NCBI RefSeq assembly: GCF_006345805.1
Contig: NC_043004.1
Location: 82,460,001 to 82,524,000, forward strand
Length of the DNA stretch: 64,000 nucleotides
Direction: 5' to 3'
Source of the DNA: Octopus sinensis
Taxonomy: Eukaryota
The notes beneath the pieces are model-generated. The model was not told the DNA's origin, made no database searches, and saw only the letters and a program-made list of their open reading frames with translations. The translations under genes and the position numbers were made by a program. Of this stretch, positions 13,186 through 26,679 are shown in pieces; positions within the stretch are counted from its first letter, which is position 1; each line of letters opens with the position of its first letter.

Positions 13186-13470
13186 TTATCAGTAATAATA
13201 TAGGGTGAAATTAATTAATTTGGAATAATCATTAATTTCACCAAGTAGATTTCGGCATGTAAAAGCTCCATTCGAGGAAAGTTAAAGTAATACTAAGTAA
13301 TTAAGGGGTTAGCAACGATTTGCCTCACCACGAACCGAATTTAGAAATAGCAGTCAAAGAGTTATAGCTATTCTTTCTACTTTTAGTAGAAGAATAGATA
13401 ACTCTTTGACTGATTTCTAAATTCGGTGTGTGGTGAGGCAAATCGTTGCTAAACCCTTTTACTTAGTATT
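12876..13470. repeat. Two tandem foldback (hairpin) repeats, ~90-bp arms centred on CTACTTTTAGTAG
   Basis: 12876-13057 and ~13291-13470 are near-perfect inverted repeats. A related copy with an extra arm lies at ~20509-20743. Confidence 0.85.
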
Positions 13471-13501
13471 ACTATATATATATATTAATATATATTATAT
13501 A

Positions 13502-13532
<31 letters not shown>

Positions 13533-13619
13533 CAATGTATATATTACATATACATATATACATATATGTATATATATATATCAATATATATAAATATATA
13601 TATATATATTATATATATA

Positions 13620-15170
13620 TAAACGGAAGCTTTATGAAAATAGACAAAAGACGAAGGCAGGTGGAAAACAAACAAACAATTGTATTAGTATGGCGCTCAG
13701 GAAATATAAATAAAACAAGTCTTTAACGTTTCGAGCCTACGCTCTTCAACAGAAAGATACACAGAGAGAAAAAAACACAGAAAGAAGGAGAGAAAAAAAA
13801 TGCGTGCAGTAACTATCGAACAACATGGCGATCTGATTTCGGCCAGAAGTCAAAGATCAAACATGAGACGCGAGAGCGAAATTAGGGGAGATAATAGGGT
13901 TGAGTGACCAGCTCCAACATAAGGGTGTGTGTGTGTGTGTGTGTATGAGAGAGTATTAGTGCGTATGAGAGGTCTGGACGTGTGCATGTATAGAGTTGGT
14001 GTATGTATTAGTATGTATTAGTATGTATAAGGGTGTGTGTGTGTGTGTGTGTATGAGAGAGTATTAGTGCGTATGAGAGGTCTGGACGTGTGTATGTATG
14101 GGGTTGGTGTATGTATTAGTATGTATTAGTATGTATTAGTAGTATTAGTATGTATAGGGTGGTGTGTGTGTGTGTGTGTGTATGAGAGAGTATTAGTGCG
14201 TATGAGAGGTCTGGACGTGTGTATGTATGGGGTTGGTGTATGTATTAGTATGTATTAGTATGTTAGCACGTATTAGTATGTATAAGGTGTGTGTGTGTGT
14301 GTGTATGAGAGAGTATTAGTGCGTATGAGAGGTCTGGACGTGTGTATGTATGGGGTTGGTGTATGTATTAGTATGTATTAGTATGTATTAGTTGGTGTAT
14401 GTATTAGTATGGCACATCATATATGATGTGATGTGTAAAGTCGAGTGGTTGTAGTGTGGAGAGAGGAGAAGAGGGAGAGGGGGATATGAGGGGGAGAGGG
14501 GGGATATGAGGGGGGAAGGAAGGAAGGGAGGAGAGGAGGGGGAGAGGGGGAGAGAGAGGAGGGGAGAAGGAAGTGGAGGAGGAGGAAGGAGGAAAGAGGG
14601 AGAAGGGAGAAAGAAGGGGAGTGGGAGCAGAGGGAAGGGGAGGAGGGAGGGAGAAAGAGGGAAGAAGGGAAGGGGAGTAGGGGTGAAAGGATGAGGGACT
14701 GAATAAGTAGGGGTCGTGGGGGGAGGTAGATGAGGAGGGGGAGAGGGGGGTTAGATGAGGAGGGGGAGAGTTGAGACCAAATGGCGTATAAGAGCGAAGA
14801 GAGAAGATTAATTCCTGTTCACGGGGCAAACGGGAATCCGGATGGCCTCTGTGTAAGGACAAACCGAACACAGATAGGTGTTGCAAGGAGTGACCGGTGG
14901 AGCGGAAATGGCGAGAGACCGGTGTGTCGTTCGCAAAGTGGATGTCACGAAGGTGTTCCGCGAACCGGTCAGCCAAGCGGCGTCCCGTTTGTCCGATATA
15001 TATATATATATGTATACATTTTGTTCTTTTACTTGGCTCGGCTATTAGACTACCGCCATGCGAAGGCCTTGAATTTTTCGTCAAGCGAATCAACGTCAGA
15101 ACTTATATTTTTCGAAATATGGGTACCTAATCTCTCCGTTCTGCTTTGTCGAATCGCTTATTTTACGGTG
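13620..15170 (-). mobile_element. Penelope-like fragment, second copy
   Basis: ORF 14404-15093 contains YIGQTGRRLADRFAEH...TPFGLN. Confidence 0.8.
13721..13756 (-). ncRNA. Degenerate minimal hammerhead-like motif in the Penelope 3' repeat
   Basis: CTTT-CTGTTGA-A-GAGC(GTAG)GCTC-GAAAC-GTT-AAAG. Stems I and II pair, but the core is CUGUUGA rather than CUGANGA. Related copies at ~6115, ~20997, ~58770 and ~61207. Confidence 0.45.
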
Positions 15171-16660
15171 TCGTAAACACAGCAAAATCAGGGTTGTCGA
15201 GTGATGGTGGTTGGGACAAACACAGATACTCAGATACATACATACGTACATACATACATACATAATACATACATACATACATACATACATACATACATAA
15301 ATACATACATACATAAATACATACGGACATACATATATATATATATACATACATACATACATACATACATGCATGCATACATAATACAAACATACATACA
15401 TACATGCATACATAATACATACATACATGCTTAAATACATACGTACATACATACATAAATACATACATACATACATACATACATGCATAAATACATACGT
15501 ACATACATACATAAATACATATATACATACATACATACATACGTACATACATACATACATGCGTAATAGATACATAAATACATACATAATACATATATTT
15601 CATCGGCTAAGTATTTTCAACGTAATGTTTGGAGGTGTAACGAAAAAGAAGATCCTTTATGCGTTGAAAAAACTCACTAAATCTATTTAAGATATGAAAT
15701 ACCCTTATTAGTGTTCTCAGTGAAAATATAGCTGGTACGGTTTAAATTTCGGAAGAAGTCGTACAACTGAAACAGGAAATTAAAAATTGTTTCCAAATGT
15801 ACTTTTGGAAGGATTAGGCTGTTGCACTAAAACGATAGCGAGGAACGTGGTAAAAGAAAAGCCAACGCCTGTTTTGAAGCTCAAACGGAATGTGCCATTT
15901 GCGGCGATGGACTAGATCAATAAAGAGCATGAAAGAGAAGAATTTCTAGCTATAATTGGAAAAGACGGTCATTCATACTAGGCACCTGCGACAGTCTGTA
16001 CAAGGAAGAAAAAGTACTAAAACAAGAGTGTATACGGACGTTTCAACTGGATTAGAGAAATATTTACCCGAACACAGCTCTCCATTACCATGCCAGATGA
16101 AGTGTTCTGAAAGCTAAATGGAGGAAAATTTTTTCTCGAAAATAGACTTGAAACCACGCATAAAAGTGGAAGGAAAAAAAAGAACACAGTTCCTACAAAT
16201 GGTCGCCAAAAAGAAATGAAAATATTACGTTGAAAAAAAATCGCTAAATGGGAGAAGAGGTAAATAACGTAAGATGAATCTACTTGCTTCCCACACAAAA
16301 AACTCTAAGGTGGGATTTGTTCTAGTGAAATGACGCACTACTTAACGTGGCTAAGTGGTATACCAACCACTATAAAGACACACTGTCCATTGCTGTACGG
16401 TGTCAGTAGTAAAGTCGTTGAACGTGATTTCTATTGAAGTTAGTGTCATTTAAGTGATATACGAATTCGAGTTACCGTCAAGGTAGACGTTTCACAGTCA
16501 TTGTCTTGCGGATCTATGAGCGATAGCACGATAGACGAGTCAAAGATAACAAGACGCAGAATACCGTAACAACATAATTATGCGACAGATTATTACGGTT
16601 CCGATGACACATACAAGTGGACGAGAATCCACATTACAACACAACACAGACACACTTATA

Positions 16661-16728
<68 letters not shown>

Positions 16729-16729
16729 G

Positions 16730-16776
<47 letters not shown>

Positions 16777-16793
16777 AATATAGATATATATAC

Positions 16794-16835
<42 letters not shown>

Positions 16836-17408
16836 AGAGAGAGAGAAGAGGGAAAGAGAGATAGTGGGAGGAGAGAGAAACGATTTATATACTACTACTA
16901 CAACCACCATGGTCACTACTATTCTACTACTACGATCAACAGTCTTCCCTGCTGCTGCTGCTGCTATCACTGCTGCCAATGAACTGCCACAACTACAACA
17001 TCCATCCACAGCTGCTGCTGCTGCTACTACTGCTACAGCCAATGAGCTGCTGCAACTCCAACCACCACACCACCACCACCACCACAGTTATGCTATTACG
17101 ACCAACAGTCACTGCTGCTACTGCCATTTCGGCCACTGGTCATTTCCTTATTTTATTCGAACACATAAGACAGCTATTATGCTTCCTCCCCCACAAAAAG
17201 AACATCACGTGAATTATTTTGACACCAGTAAGAAACAATTATGAACTTTTTTTATTACACTTAACTTTTTAAAATATTTTTGATAAGGTTCATTTTCAAG
17301 AAGAACCGAAGCATGTAAAATTTCTAAGAAATTATAACTTATCTTATATAGTGGGTTTTTCACACTACTTTTTTATAAATATATACCCACTCGTATACGC
17401 CCTACACT

Positions 17409-17458
<50 letters not shown>

Positions 17459-17469
17459 ATAGATAGATA

Positions 17470-17885
17470 GATATATGAATTATTTGCGTAATGAGATTAA
17501 AAAAAAAACAAGCCTGTATAGATATTAGAGCATTTATAGATAGAATGTCTTACAGCTGTTTCTAGAATATTAATTAATAATAATACCCTTTCATCGGAGA
17601 CGGCGTGAGGGGAAAAATTAAGTCATAGTTAGTTTCGATGTGATACAAATAGAGAGTGAGGTGGAGGAAAAAAAATAGATGTAAGATATTCTCCACCTCA
17701 CTTTCTATTTATATCACAACGAAATTATGACTTAATATTTCCTCTCACACCATCTCCGATGAAGGGATATTATTATTAATAAATATCTTAGAAACAGCTG
17801 TAAGACCTTCTATCTATAAATGCTCTAATATCTATACAGCCTTGGCTTTTTTTTTATCACATTACGCTAATAATTCATATATACG
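17470..17885. repeat. ~415-bp imperfect foldback (MITE-like) carried in the tandem unit
   Basis: Arms such as TATAGATATTAGAGCATTTATAGATAGAA / TTCTATCTATAAATGCTCTAATATCTATA. Copies at ~9860-10270 and ~23705-24120; the right half is deleted at ~28040. Confidence 0.75.
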
Positions 17886-18480
17886 CACGCTGACATAGAA
17901 CCAAAGTTGAACTCTTTATTCGCAATATTACCGAATCTGGAACTTAACTATGGTCTGTCTGTAGCACCTATTCAGCATTACCTAACACCTTTGGATGTCA
18001 ATGACACCATTATCTATTATAACCTCAACTTCTCGCTTATATATATAGGTAGACACAATTTACCTGAAAAATTAATTTCTTTCCTTTGAACCCTAGCAAC
18101 TCACAAAACATAGTGTTCAATTTCCATGGGCTATAACGAACTGGGATAACAGCATTTATCTGAAGGTGATATTTGTTGGTTGCCGAGTCCAATACGTGCA
18201 ATACGAGAAAACGAGTCGAATACTTCACTTCACAATAGTACCTGATTGATAATTTACGGTATCGACCCTGAAGGGAGCAAAGTAAAATCGAGGTGATTGT
18301 CATTTCAAATGAGAAATTACAAAGGAAGAAGAAATAGAGCTAAGTAATTCGTACGACGCCCCATCGTCGCCGACTTCGAAAGAATTTAATAGGACCAATA
18401 ATGAAGAAATGAATGCGTTTCTCCATCTTGGTTTGAGTTGAATATTGCTGACAATGCTAAATATGCAAGAGTTTACTTAC

Positions 18481-19479
18481 CTTGTTATACAGTATTATGC
18501 CTCCATGGAAATACTTGAGCATTGCAAATGTGCTGCCAAGCAAGAAGCATACCATAAAAGCTATCTCCTCTATCTCCAGTAGATCATTTAGTGTTCCATA
18601 TATCGTATAAAAAATAGCGGATGGGACATAGAATATGACTGTTGCTAATTGGAGCTGAAATTTTTCACTGACCAGTTCGAGTAGTTTACAAAGTATTCGA
18701 TGTTTTTGTGATATCTCGGCTATCAAACGACTTTTAGCTTTGCATTTATTTATAGAATTTCCCTGTTTTATATCGAGCATACCTTTCGGAAAGCCTTCAT
18801 TAAGTTTATCGAACTCCTGTTTCACGATCTCGATAAGGAAAAGAGGGACTATATACTCGTTATAACGCATTAAAACAAGTGATAAAGTCAGCATATATGT
18901 TGTTACTAGAATTGGTAGGAAAAGGTAGTCAGAGCTTTTCGCTGGGAAAGGAAAGATCTGTAGAAAATCCGTATATGTAATATAAAACGGTAAAATGATG
19001 TAATAGATAAATTTTGAAATGCAATTTACCATGAGAAGAACCAGACTCTTTCGTTTATGCTTATTCCACAGCTTAGAATAAATTTTCAGGCGATCAGCTG
19101 GTAATTGGTAATTAATAAAACAGGTTATTTTCTCTAATTGGTCAGGACATATTATTAAAAAATATATACAGTATGAAATTTGAAAAAAGTTTAAAAATGA
19201 AACACAGACTGATACAATAAACAAACCAAACTTCTTTGATGAAATAATTGTCCCAATGAATACAAAATATCGCAGAGCGTCAGCCAATATCATAGCATAG
19301 AGTAAACAATAAGATATATATGAAATGCGATCGAATAATCCAAAGGAATTCCAAGTATTTCGTGTCATTTTCATGCGGCGTAGAGGGAAGTAATCAGGTG
19401 GCTTTAAGGAATGAATAAAATCATAAAGGTTACATTCTTTTGTATGTCCTTTGTTTCCATCTGCAGTCGAATACACCAT
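18481..19479 (-). CDS. GRL / 7TM ion-channel family chemoreceptor, copy C, long first coding exon (333 codons, TM1-TM6)
   Basis: Six hydrophobic segments. The post-TM4 motif EFDKLN and pre-TM5 motif ISQKHRILCKLLELVSEKFQL match the F..lN / H..Lc.l...vn..F pattern of 7tm_7 proteins. The exon ends TAT AAC AAG|GTAAGT (phase 0). Confidence 0.8.
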
Positions 19480-19504
19480 TTTTGTTTAATTAGATCGGAA
19501 AAAA

Positions 19505-19892
19505 GGCAGTGAGATGACAGAAATGTTAGAATACAGGTCGAAATGCTTAGCAGTATTTCGTCTGCTGTTACGTTCTGAGTTCAAATTCCGCCGAGGTCGA
19601 CTTTGCTTTTCATCCGGGGTTGATTAAATATGTAGCAGTTACGCACTGGTGTCGATGTAATCCACTTAATCCGTTTGTCTCTCCTTGTTTGTCCCCTCTG
19701 TGTTTAGCCCCTTGTAGGTAGTAAGGAAATAGGTATTTCGTCTGTCTTTACTCTCTGAGTTCACATACCGCCAAGGTTGACATTGCCTTTCATCCGTTTG
19801 ATGTTGATAAATTAAGTACCACTTGCGTGCTGTGTTCGATCTAATCGACTAGCCCACCCCACCTAAAACCTCGGGGTCTGAGCCTAGAGTAG
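19505..19892 (+). mobile_element. Compound tRNA-derived SINE, head-to-head with GRL C
   Basis: Starts about 25 bp from the ATG at 19479; contains GTTCAAATTCC. Confidence 0.75.
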
Positions 19893-20016
19893 AAAAGAAA
19901 ATTTCGAGAAAAAACGTATCACAATATATTAAACAATGTACTGAATGATGTTAAGTGTTGGTAAATTTCATACTTCGTTAATAAGAGCAATCCCAAATAC
20001 AATAACATTTATAAAC

Positions 20017-20081
<65 letters not shown>

Positions 20082-20344
20082 TATATGCATGTATTATGTG
20101 TGTCTGTATGTGCGTGCGACTGTGTAAAGTATTACTTGCGATTGGTTGATTTCAGTAGGCGTTGTCTCTTCCTTGTCTCATCGTTGTTATGAGACAAACC
20201 TGATTTGAGTAAATGCGTAATAGATTGTTATTGATCGATTTTTAATTAACTGATTGGTTTTTATTGGACGGCAATAATACTTCCGTTGTACATTATAAGC
20301 GATCAACATTGATACGCTTGCTGCATGGAAATACGCACACACAC

Positions 20345-20406
<62 letters not shown>

Positions 20407-20741
20407 TTATCAGTAATAATATAGGGTGAAATTAATTAATTTGGAATAATCATTAATTTCACCAAGTAGATTTCGGCATGTAAAAGCCCCATTCGAGGAA
20501 AGTTTAAGTAATACTAAGTAATTAAGGGTTTAGCAACGATTTGCCTCACCACACACCGAATTTAGAAATAGCAGTCAAAGAGTTATAGCTATTCTTTCTA
20601 CTTTTAGTAGAAAGAATAGCTATAACTCTTTGACTGCTATTTCTACTTTAGTAGAAAGAATAGCTATAACTCTTTGACTGCTATTTCTAAATTCGGTGTG
20701 TGGTGAGGCAAATCGTTGCTAACCCCTTAAATACTTAGTAT

Positions 20742-20783
<42 letters not shown>

Positions 20784-20814
20784 GTATGTATATATATACA
20801 TATACATATATACA

Positions 20815-20894
<80 letters not shown>

Positions 20895-20897
<3 letters not shown>

Positions 20898-22330
20898 CGG
20901 GAAGCTTTATGAAACTAGACAAAAGACGAAGGCAGGTGGAAAACAAACAAACAATTGTGTTAGTATGGCGCTCAGGAAATATAAATAAAATAAGTCTTTA
21001 ACGTTTCGAGCCTACGCTTTCAACAGAAAGATACACAGAGAGAAAAAAACACAGAAAGAAGGAGAGAAAAAAAATGCGTGCAGTAACTATCGAACCAACA
21101 TAGCGATTTGATTTCGGCCAGAAGTCAAAGATCAAACATGAGACGCGAGAGCGAAATTAGGGGAGATAATAGGGTTGAGTGACCAGCTCCACCATAAGGG
21201 TGTGTGTGTGTGTGTATGAGAGAGTATTAGTGCGTATGAGAGGTCTGGACGTGTGTATGTATAGGGTTGGTGTATGTATTAGTATGCATTAGTATGTATA
21301 AAGGTGTGTGTGTGTGTGTGTTTATGAGAGAGTATTAGTGCGTATGAGAGGTCTGGACGTGTGTATGTATAGGGTTGGTGTATGTATTAGTATGTATTAG
21401 TATGTATTAGTACGTATTAGTATGTATAAGGGTGTGTGTGTATGAGAGAGTATTAGTGCGTATGAGAGGTCTGGACGTGTGTATGTATGGGGTTGGTGTA
21501 TGTATTAGTATGTTTTAGTATGTATTAGTTGGTGTATGTATTAGTATGGCACATCATATATGATGTGATGTGTAAAGTCGAGTGGTGCAGTGTGGAGAGA
21601 GGAGAAGAGTGGGAGGGGAGAAGAGAGGGAGGGGATAAGAGGGGGAGGAGAGGAGGTGGGAGAGCGGGGACAAGGAAGGGGAGGAGAGGAGAGGGTTGAG
21701 GGGGAGGGAGGGGAGAAGGAAGGGGAGGAGGAGGAAGGAGGGAAGAAGGAGAGGGGGAGAGAGAAGGGGAGTGAGGGAGCAGAGGGAAGGGGAAGAGGGA
21801 AGGAAGGAGGGAGAAAGAGGGAAGAAGGGAAGGGGAGTAGGGGTGAAAGGATGAAGGAGGGAAGACGTAGGGGTCGGGGGGTAGGTAGGTGAGGAGGGGG
21901 GAGAAGGGGGTTAGATGAAGAGGGGGGAGAGTTGAAACCAAATGGCGTATAAGAGCGAAGAGAGAAGATTAATTCCTGTTCACGGCGCAAACGGGAATCC
22001 GGATGGCCTCTGTGTAAGGACAAACCGAACACAGATAGGTGTTGCAAGGAGTGACCGGTGGAGCGGAAATGGCGAGAGACCGGTGTGTCATTCGCAAGGT
22101 GGATGTCACGAAGGTGTTCCGCGAACCGGTCAGCCAAGCGGCGTCCCGTTTGTCCGATATATATATATATGTATACATTTTATTCTTTTACTTGGCTCGG
22201 CTATTAGACTACCGCCATGCGAAGGCCTTGAATTTTTCGTCAAGTGAATCAACGTCAGCACTTATATTTTTCGAAATCCGGGTACCTAATCTCTCCGTTC
22301 CGCTTTGCCGAACCGCTTATTTTACGGTGT
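20895..22330 (-). mobile_element. Penelope-like fragment, third copy
   Basis: ORF 21541-22137 contains ADRFAEHLRDIHLANDTPVSRHF...EQELIFSLRSYTPFGFN. Confidence 0.8.
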
Positions 22331-22413
22331 CGTAAACACAGCAAAATCAGGGTTGTCGAGTGATGGTGTTTGGGACAAACACAGATACTCAGATACATAC
22401 ATACGTACATACA

Positions 22414-22447
<34 letters not shown>

Positions 22448-24712
22448 AATACATACATATATAAATACATACGGACATACATACATACATACATATATAC
22501 ATACATACATACATACATACATACATACATACATACGTACATACATACATGCATGCATACATAATACAAACATACATACATACATGCATGCATACATAAT
22601 ACATACATACATGCTTAAATACATACGTACATACATACATAAATACGTACATACATACATACATACATACATGCATAAATACATACGTACATACATACAT
22701 ACATACATACATACATACATACATACATACATACATACATACATACATACATACATACATGCGTAATAGATACATAAATACATACATAATACATATATTT
22801 CATCGGCTAAGTATTTTCAACGAAATGTTTGGAGGTGTAACGAAAAGGAAGATCCTTTATACGTTGAAAAAACTCACTAAATCTATTTAAGATATGAGAT
22901 ACCCTTATTAGTGTTCTCAGTGAAAATATAGCTGGTACTGTTTAAATTTCGGAAGAAGTCGTACAACTGAAACAGGAAATTAAAAATTGTTTCCAAATGT
23001 ATTTTTGGAAAGATTAGGCTGTTGCACTAAAACGATAGCGAGGAACGTGGTAAAAGAAAAGCCAACGCCTGTTTTGAAGCTCAAACGGAATGTGCCATTT
23101 GCGGCGATGGAATAGATCAATAAAGAGCATGATAGAGTAGAATTTCTAGCTATACTTGAAAAAGACGGTCATTCATACTAGGCAACTGCGACAGTCTGTA
23201 CAAGGAAGAAAAAGTACTAAACCAAGAGTGTATACGGACGTTTCAACTGGATTAGAGAAATATTTACCCGAACACAGCTCTCCATTACCATGCCAGACGA
23301 AGTGTTCTGAAAGCTAAATGGAGGAAAAATTTTTCTCGAAAATAGAGTTACTACTATTACGACCAACAGTCACTGCTGCTACTGCCATTTCGGCCACTGG
23401 TCATTTCCTTATTTTATTCGAACACATAAGACAGCTATTATGCTTCCTCCCCACAAAAAAGAACATCACGTGAATTATTTTGACACCAGTAAGAAACAAT
23501 TATGAACTTTTTTATTACACTTAACTTTTTAAAATATTTTTGATAAGGTTCATTTTTCAAGAAGAACCGAAACATGTAAAATTTCTAAGAAAATTATAAC
23601 TTATCTTATATAGTGGCGTTTTCAAACTTCTTTTTTATAAATATTTACCCATTCGCATACGCCCTACACTTATGATAAATATATATATATATATAGATAG
23701 ATAGATATATGAATTATTTGCGTAATGAGATTAAAAAAAAACAAGCCTGTATAGATATTAGAGCATTTATAGATAGAATGTCTTACAGCTGTTTGTAGAA
23801 TATTAATTAATTATACTATCCTTTCATCGGAGACGGTGTGAGGGGAAAAATTAAGTCATAGTTAGTTTCGATGTGATACAAATAGAGAGTGAGGTGGAGG
23901 AAAAAAAATAGATGTAAGATATTCTCCACCTCACTTTCTATTTATATCACATCGAAATTATGACTTAATATTTTCTCTCACACCATCTCCGATGAAGGGA
24001 TATTATTATTAATAAATATCTTAGAAACAGCTGTAAGACCTTCTATCTATAAATGCTCTAATATCTATACAGCCTTGGCTTTTTTTTATCTCATTACGCT
24101 AATAATTCATATATACACACGCTGACACAGAACCAAAGTTGAACTCTTTATTCGCAATATTACCGAATCTGGAACTTAACTATGGTCTGTCTGTAGCACC
24201 TATTCAGCATTACCTAACACCTTTGGAAGTCAATGACACCATTATCTCTTATAACCTCAACTTCTCGCTTATATATATAGGTAGACACAATTTACCTGAC
24301 AAATTAATTTCTTTCCTTTGAACCCTAGCAACTCACAAAACATAGTGTTCAATTTCCATGGGCTATAACGAACTGGGATAACAGCATTTATCTGAAGGTG
24401 ATATTTGTTGGTTGCCGAGTCCAATACGTGCAATACGAGAAAACGAGTCGAATACTTCACTTCACAATAGTACCTGATTGATAATTTACGGTATCGACCC
24501 TGAAGGGAGCAAAGTAAAATCGAAGTGATTGTCATTTCAAATGAGAAATTACAAAGGAAGAAGAAATAGAGCTAAGTAATTCGTACGACGCCCTATCGTC
24601 GCCGACTTCGAAAGAATTTAATAGGACCAATAATGAAGAAATGAATGCGTTTCTCCATCTTGGTTTGAGTTGAATATTGCTGACAATGCTAAATATGCAA
24701 GAGTTTACTTAC

Positions 24713-25708
24713 CTTGTTATACAGTATTATGCCTCCATGGAGATACTTGAGCATTGCAAATGTGCTGCCAAGCAAGAAGCATACCATAAAAGCTATCTCC
24801 TCTATCTCCAGTAGATCATTTAGTGTTCCATATATCGTACAAAAAATACCGCATGGGACATAGAATATGACTGTTGCTAACTGGAGCTGAAATTTTTCAC
24901 TGACCAGTTCGAGTAGTTTACAAAGTATTCGATGTTTTTGTGATATCTCGGCTATCAAACGACTTTTAGCTTTGCATTTATTTATAGAATTTCCCTGTTT
25001 TATATCGAGCATACCTTTCGGAAAGCCTTCATTAAGTTTATCGAACTCCTGTTTCACGATCTCGATAAGGAAAAGAGGGACTATATACTCGTTATAACGC
25101 ATTAAAACAAGTGATAAAGTCAGCATATAAGTTGTTACTAGAATTGGTAGGAAAAGGTAGTCAGAGCTTTTGGCTGGGAAAGGAAAGATCTGTAGAAAAT
25201 CCGTATATGTAATATAAAACGGTAAAATGATGTAATAGATAAATTTTGAAATGCAATTTACCATGAGAAGAACCAGACTCTTTCGTTTATGCTTATTCCA
25301 CAGCTTAGAATAAATTTTCAGGCGATCAGCTGGTAATTGGTAATTAATAAAACAGGTTATTTTCTCTAATTTGTCAGGACATATTAAAACATATATACAG
25401 TATGAAATTTGAAAAAGGTTAATAAATGAAACAGAGACTGATACAATTAACAAACCAAAATTTTTTGATGAAATAATCGTCCCAATGAATACAAAATATC
25501 GCACAGTATCAGCCAATATCATAGCATAGAGTAAACAATAAGATATATATGAAATGCGATCGAATAATCCAAAGGAATTCCAAGTATTTCGTGTCATTTT
25601 CATGCGGCGTAGAGGGAAGTAATCAGGTGGCTTTAAGGAATGAATAAAATCATAAAGGCTACGTTCTTTTGTATGTCCTTTGTTTCCATCTGCAGTCGAA
25701 TACACCAT
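24713..25708 (-). CDS. GRL copy D, long first coding exon (332 codons)
   Basis: Intact ORF with the same motifs as C and a one-codon deletion at the end of TM2. AAG|GTAAGT donor at 24712. Confidence 0.8.
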
Positions 25709-25733
25709 TTTTGTTTAATTATATCGGAAAAAG

Positions 25734-26124
25734 GCAGTGAGATGGCAGAAAGTTAGAACACAGGGCGAAATGCTTAGCAGTATTTCTTCTGCTGTTACGT
25801 TCTGAGTTCAAATTCCGCCGAGGTCGACTTTGCTTTTCATCCGGGGTTGATTAAATAGGTACCAGTTACGCACTGGTGTCGATGTAATCCACTTAATCCG
25901 TTTGTCTGTCCTTGTTTGTCCCCTCTGTGTTTAGCCCCTTGTAGGTAGTAAGGAAATAGGTATTTCGTCTGTCTTTACTTTCTGAGTTCACATACCGCCA
26001 AGGTTGACATTGCCTTTCATCCGTTTGATGTAGATAAATTAAGTACCACTTGCGTGCTGTGGTCGATCTAATCGACGAGCCCACCCCACCTAAAACCTCG
26101 GGGTCTGAGCCTAGAGTAGAAAAG
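25734..26124 (+). mobile_element. Compound tRNA-derived SINE upstream of GRL D
   Basis: Same sequence family as 19505-19892. Confidence 0.75.
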
Positions 26125-26535
26125 AAAATTTCGAGAAAAAGCGTATCACAATATATTAAACAATGTACTGAATGGTGTTAAGTGTTGGTAAATTTCATAC
26201 TTCGTTAATAAGAGCAATCCCAAATACAATAACATGTATAAACATTTATACATATATATATATATATAATTATATATGTATTTATTATGTGTGTCTGTAT
26301 GTGCGTGCGACTGTGTAAAGTATTACTTGCGATTGGTTGATTTCAATAGGCGTTGTCTCTTCCTTGTCTCATCGTTGTTATGAGACAAACCTGATTTGAG
26401 TAAATGCGTAATAGATTGTTATTGATCGATTCTTAATTAACTGGTTGTTTTTTATTGGACGGCAATAATACTTCCGTTGTACATTAGAAGCGATCAACAT
26501 TGATACGCTTGCTGTATGGAAATACGCACACACAC

Positions 26536-26638
<103 letters not shown>

Positions 26639-26641
26639 CAC

Positions 26642-26679
<38 letters not shown>

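Noticed and set aside
16864-17244. Poly-Ala/Thr/His ORFs resembling a transcription-factor low-complexity region
   Set aside because: Frames differ between duplicates (9236 vs 16864) and the region is partly deleted in two units; it is a CAG/CAC/TAC simple repeat.
17907-18089. 60-aa plus-strand ORF repeated in three units (MNSLFAILPNLELNYG...)
   Set aside because: Non-ATG start, no recognisable domain, and conservation is explained by the recent duplication.
18037-18303. 88-aa ORF downstream of the GRL donor with an acceptor-like CTCCCTTCAG that would join in phase 0 (GRYRKL...LLGFKGKKLIFQV), as a candidate TM7 exon
   Set aside because: It has no hydrophobic TM7 or TY..QF motif. The acceptor and frame are broken in copy A and the frame is truncated in copy E, so it is not conserved as coding.
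18481-19479. Alternative identity of the multi-TM ORFs as rhodopsin-type GPCRs or Cys-loop chemotactile receptors
   Set aside because: No DRY, CWxP or NPxxY motifs, no signal peptide, large extracellular domain or Cys-loop. The loop motifs fit 7tm_7.
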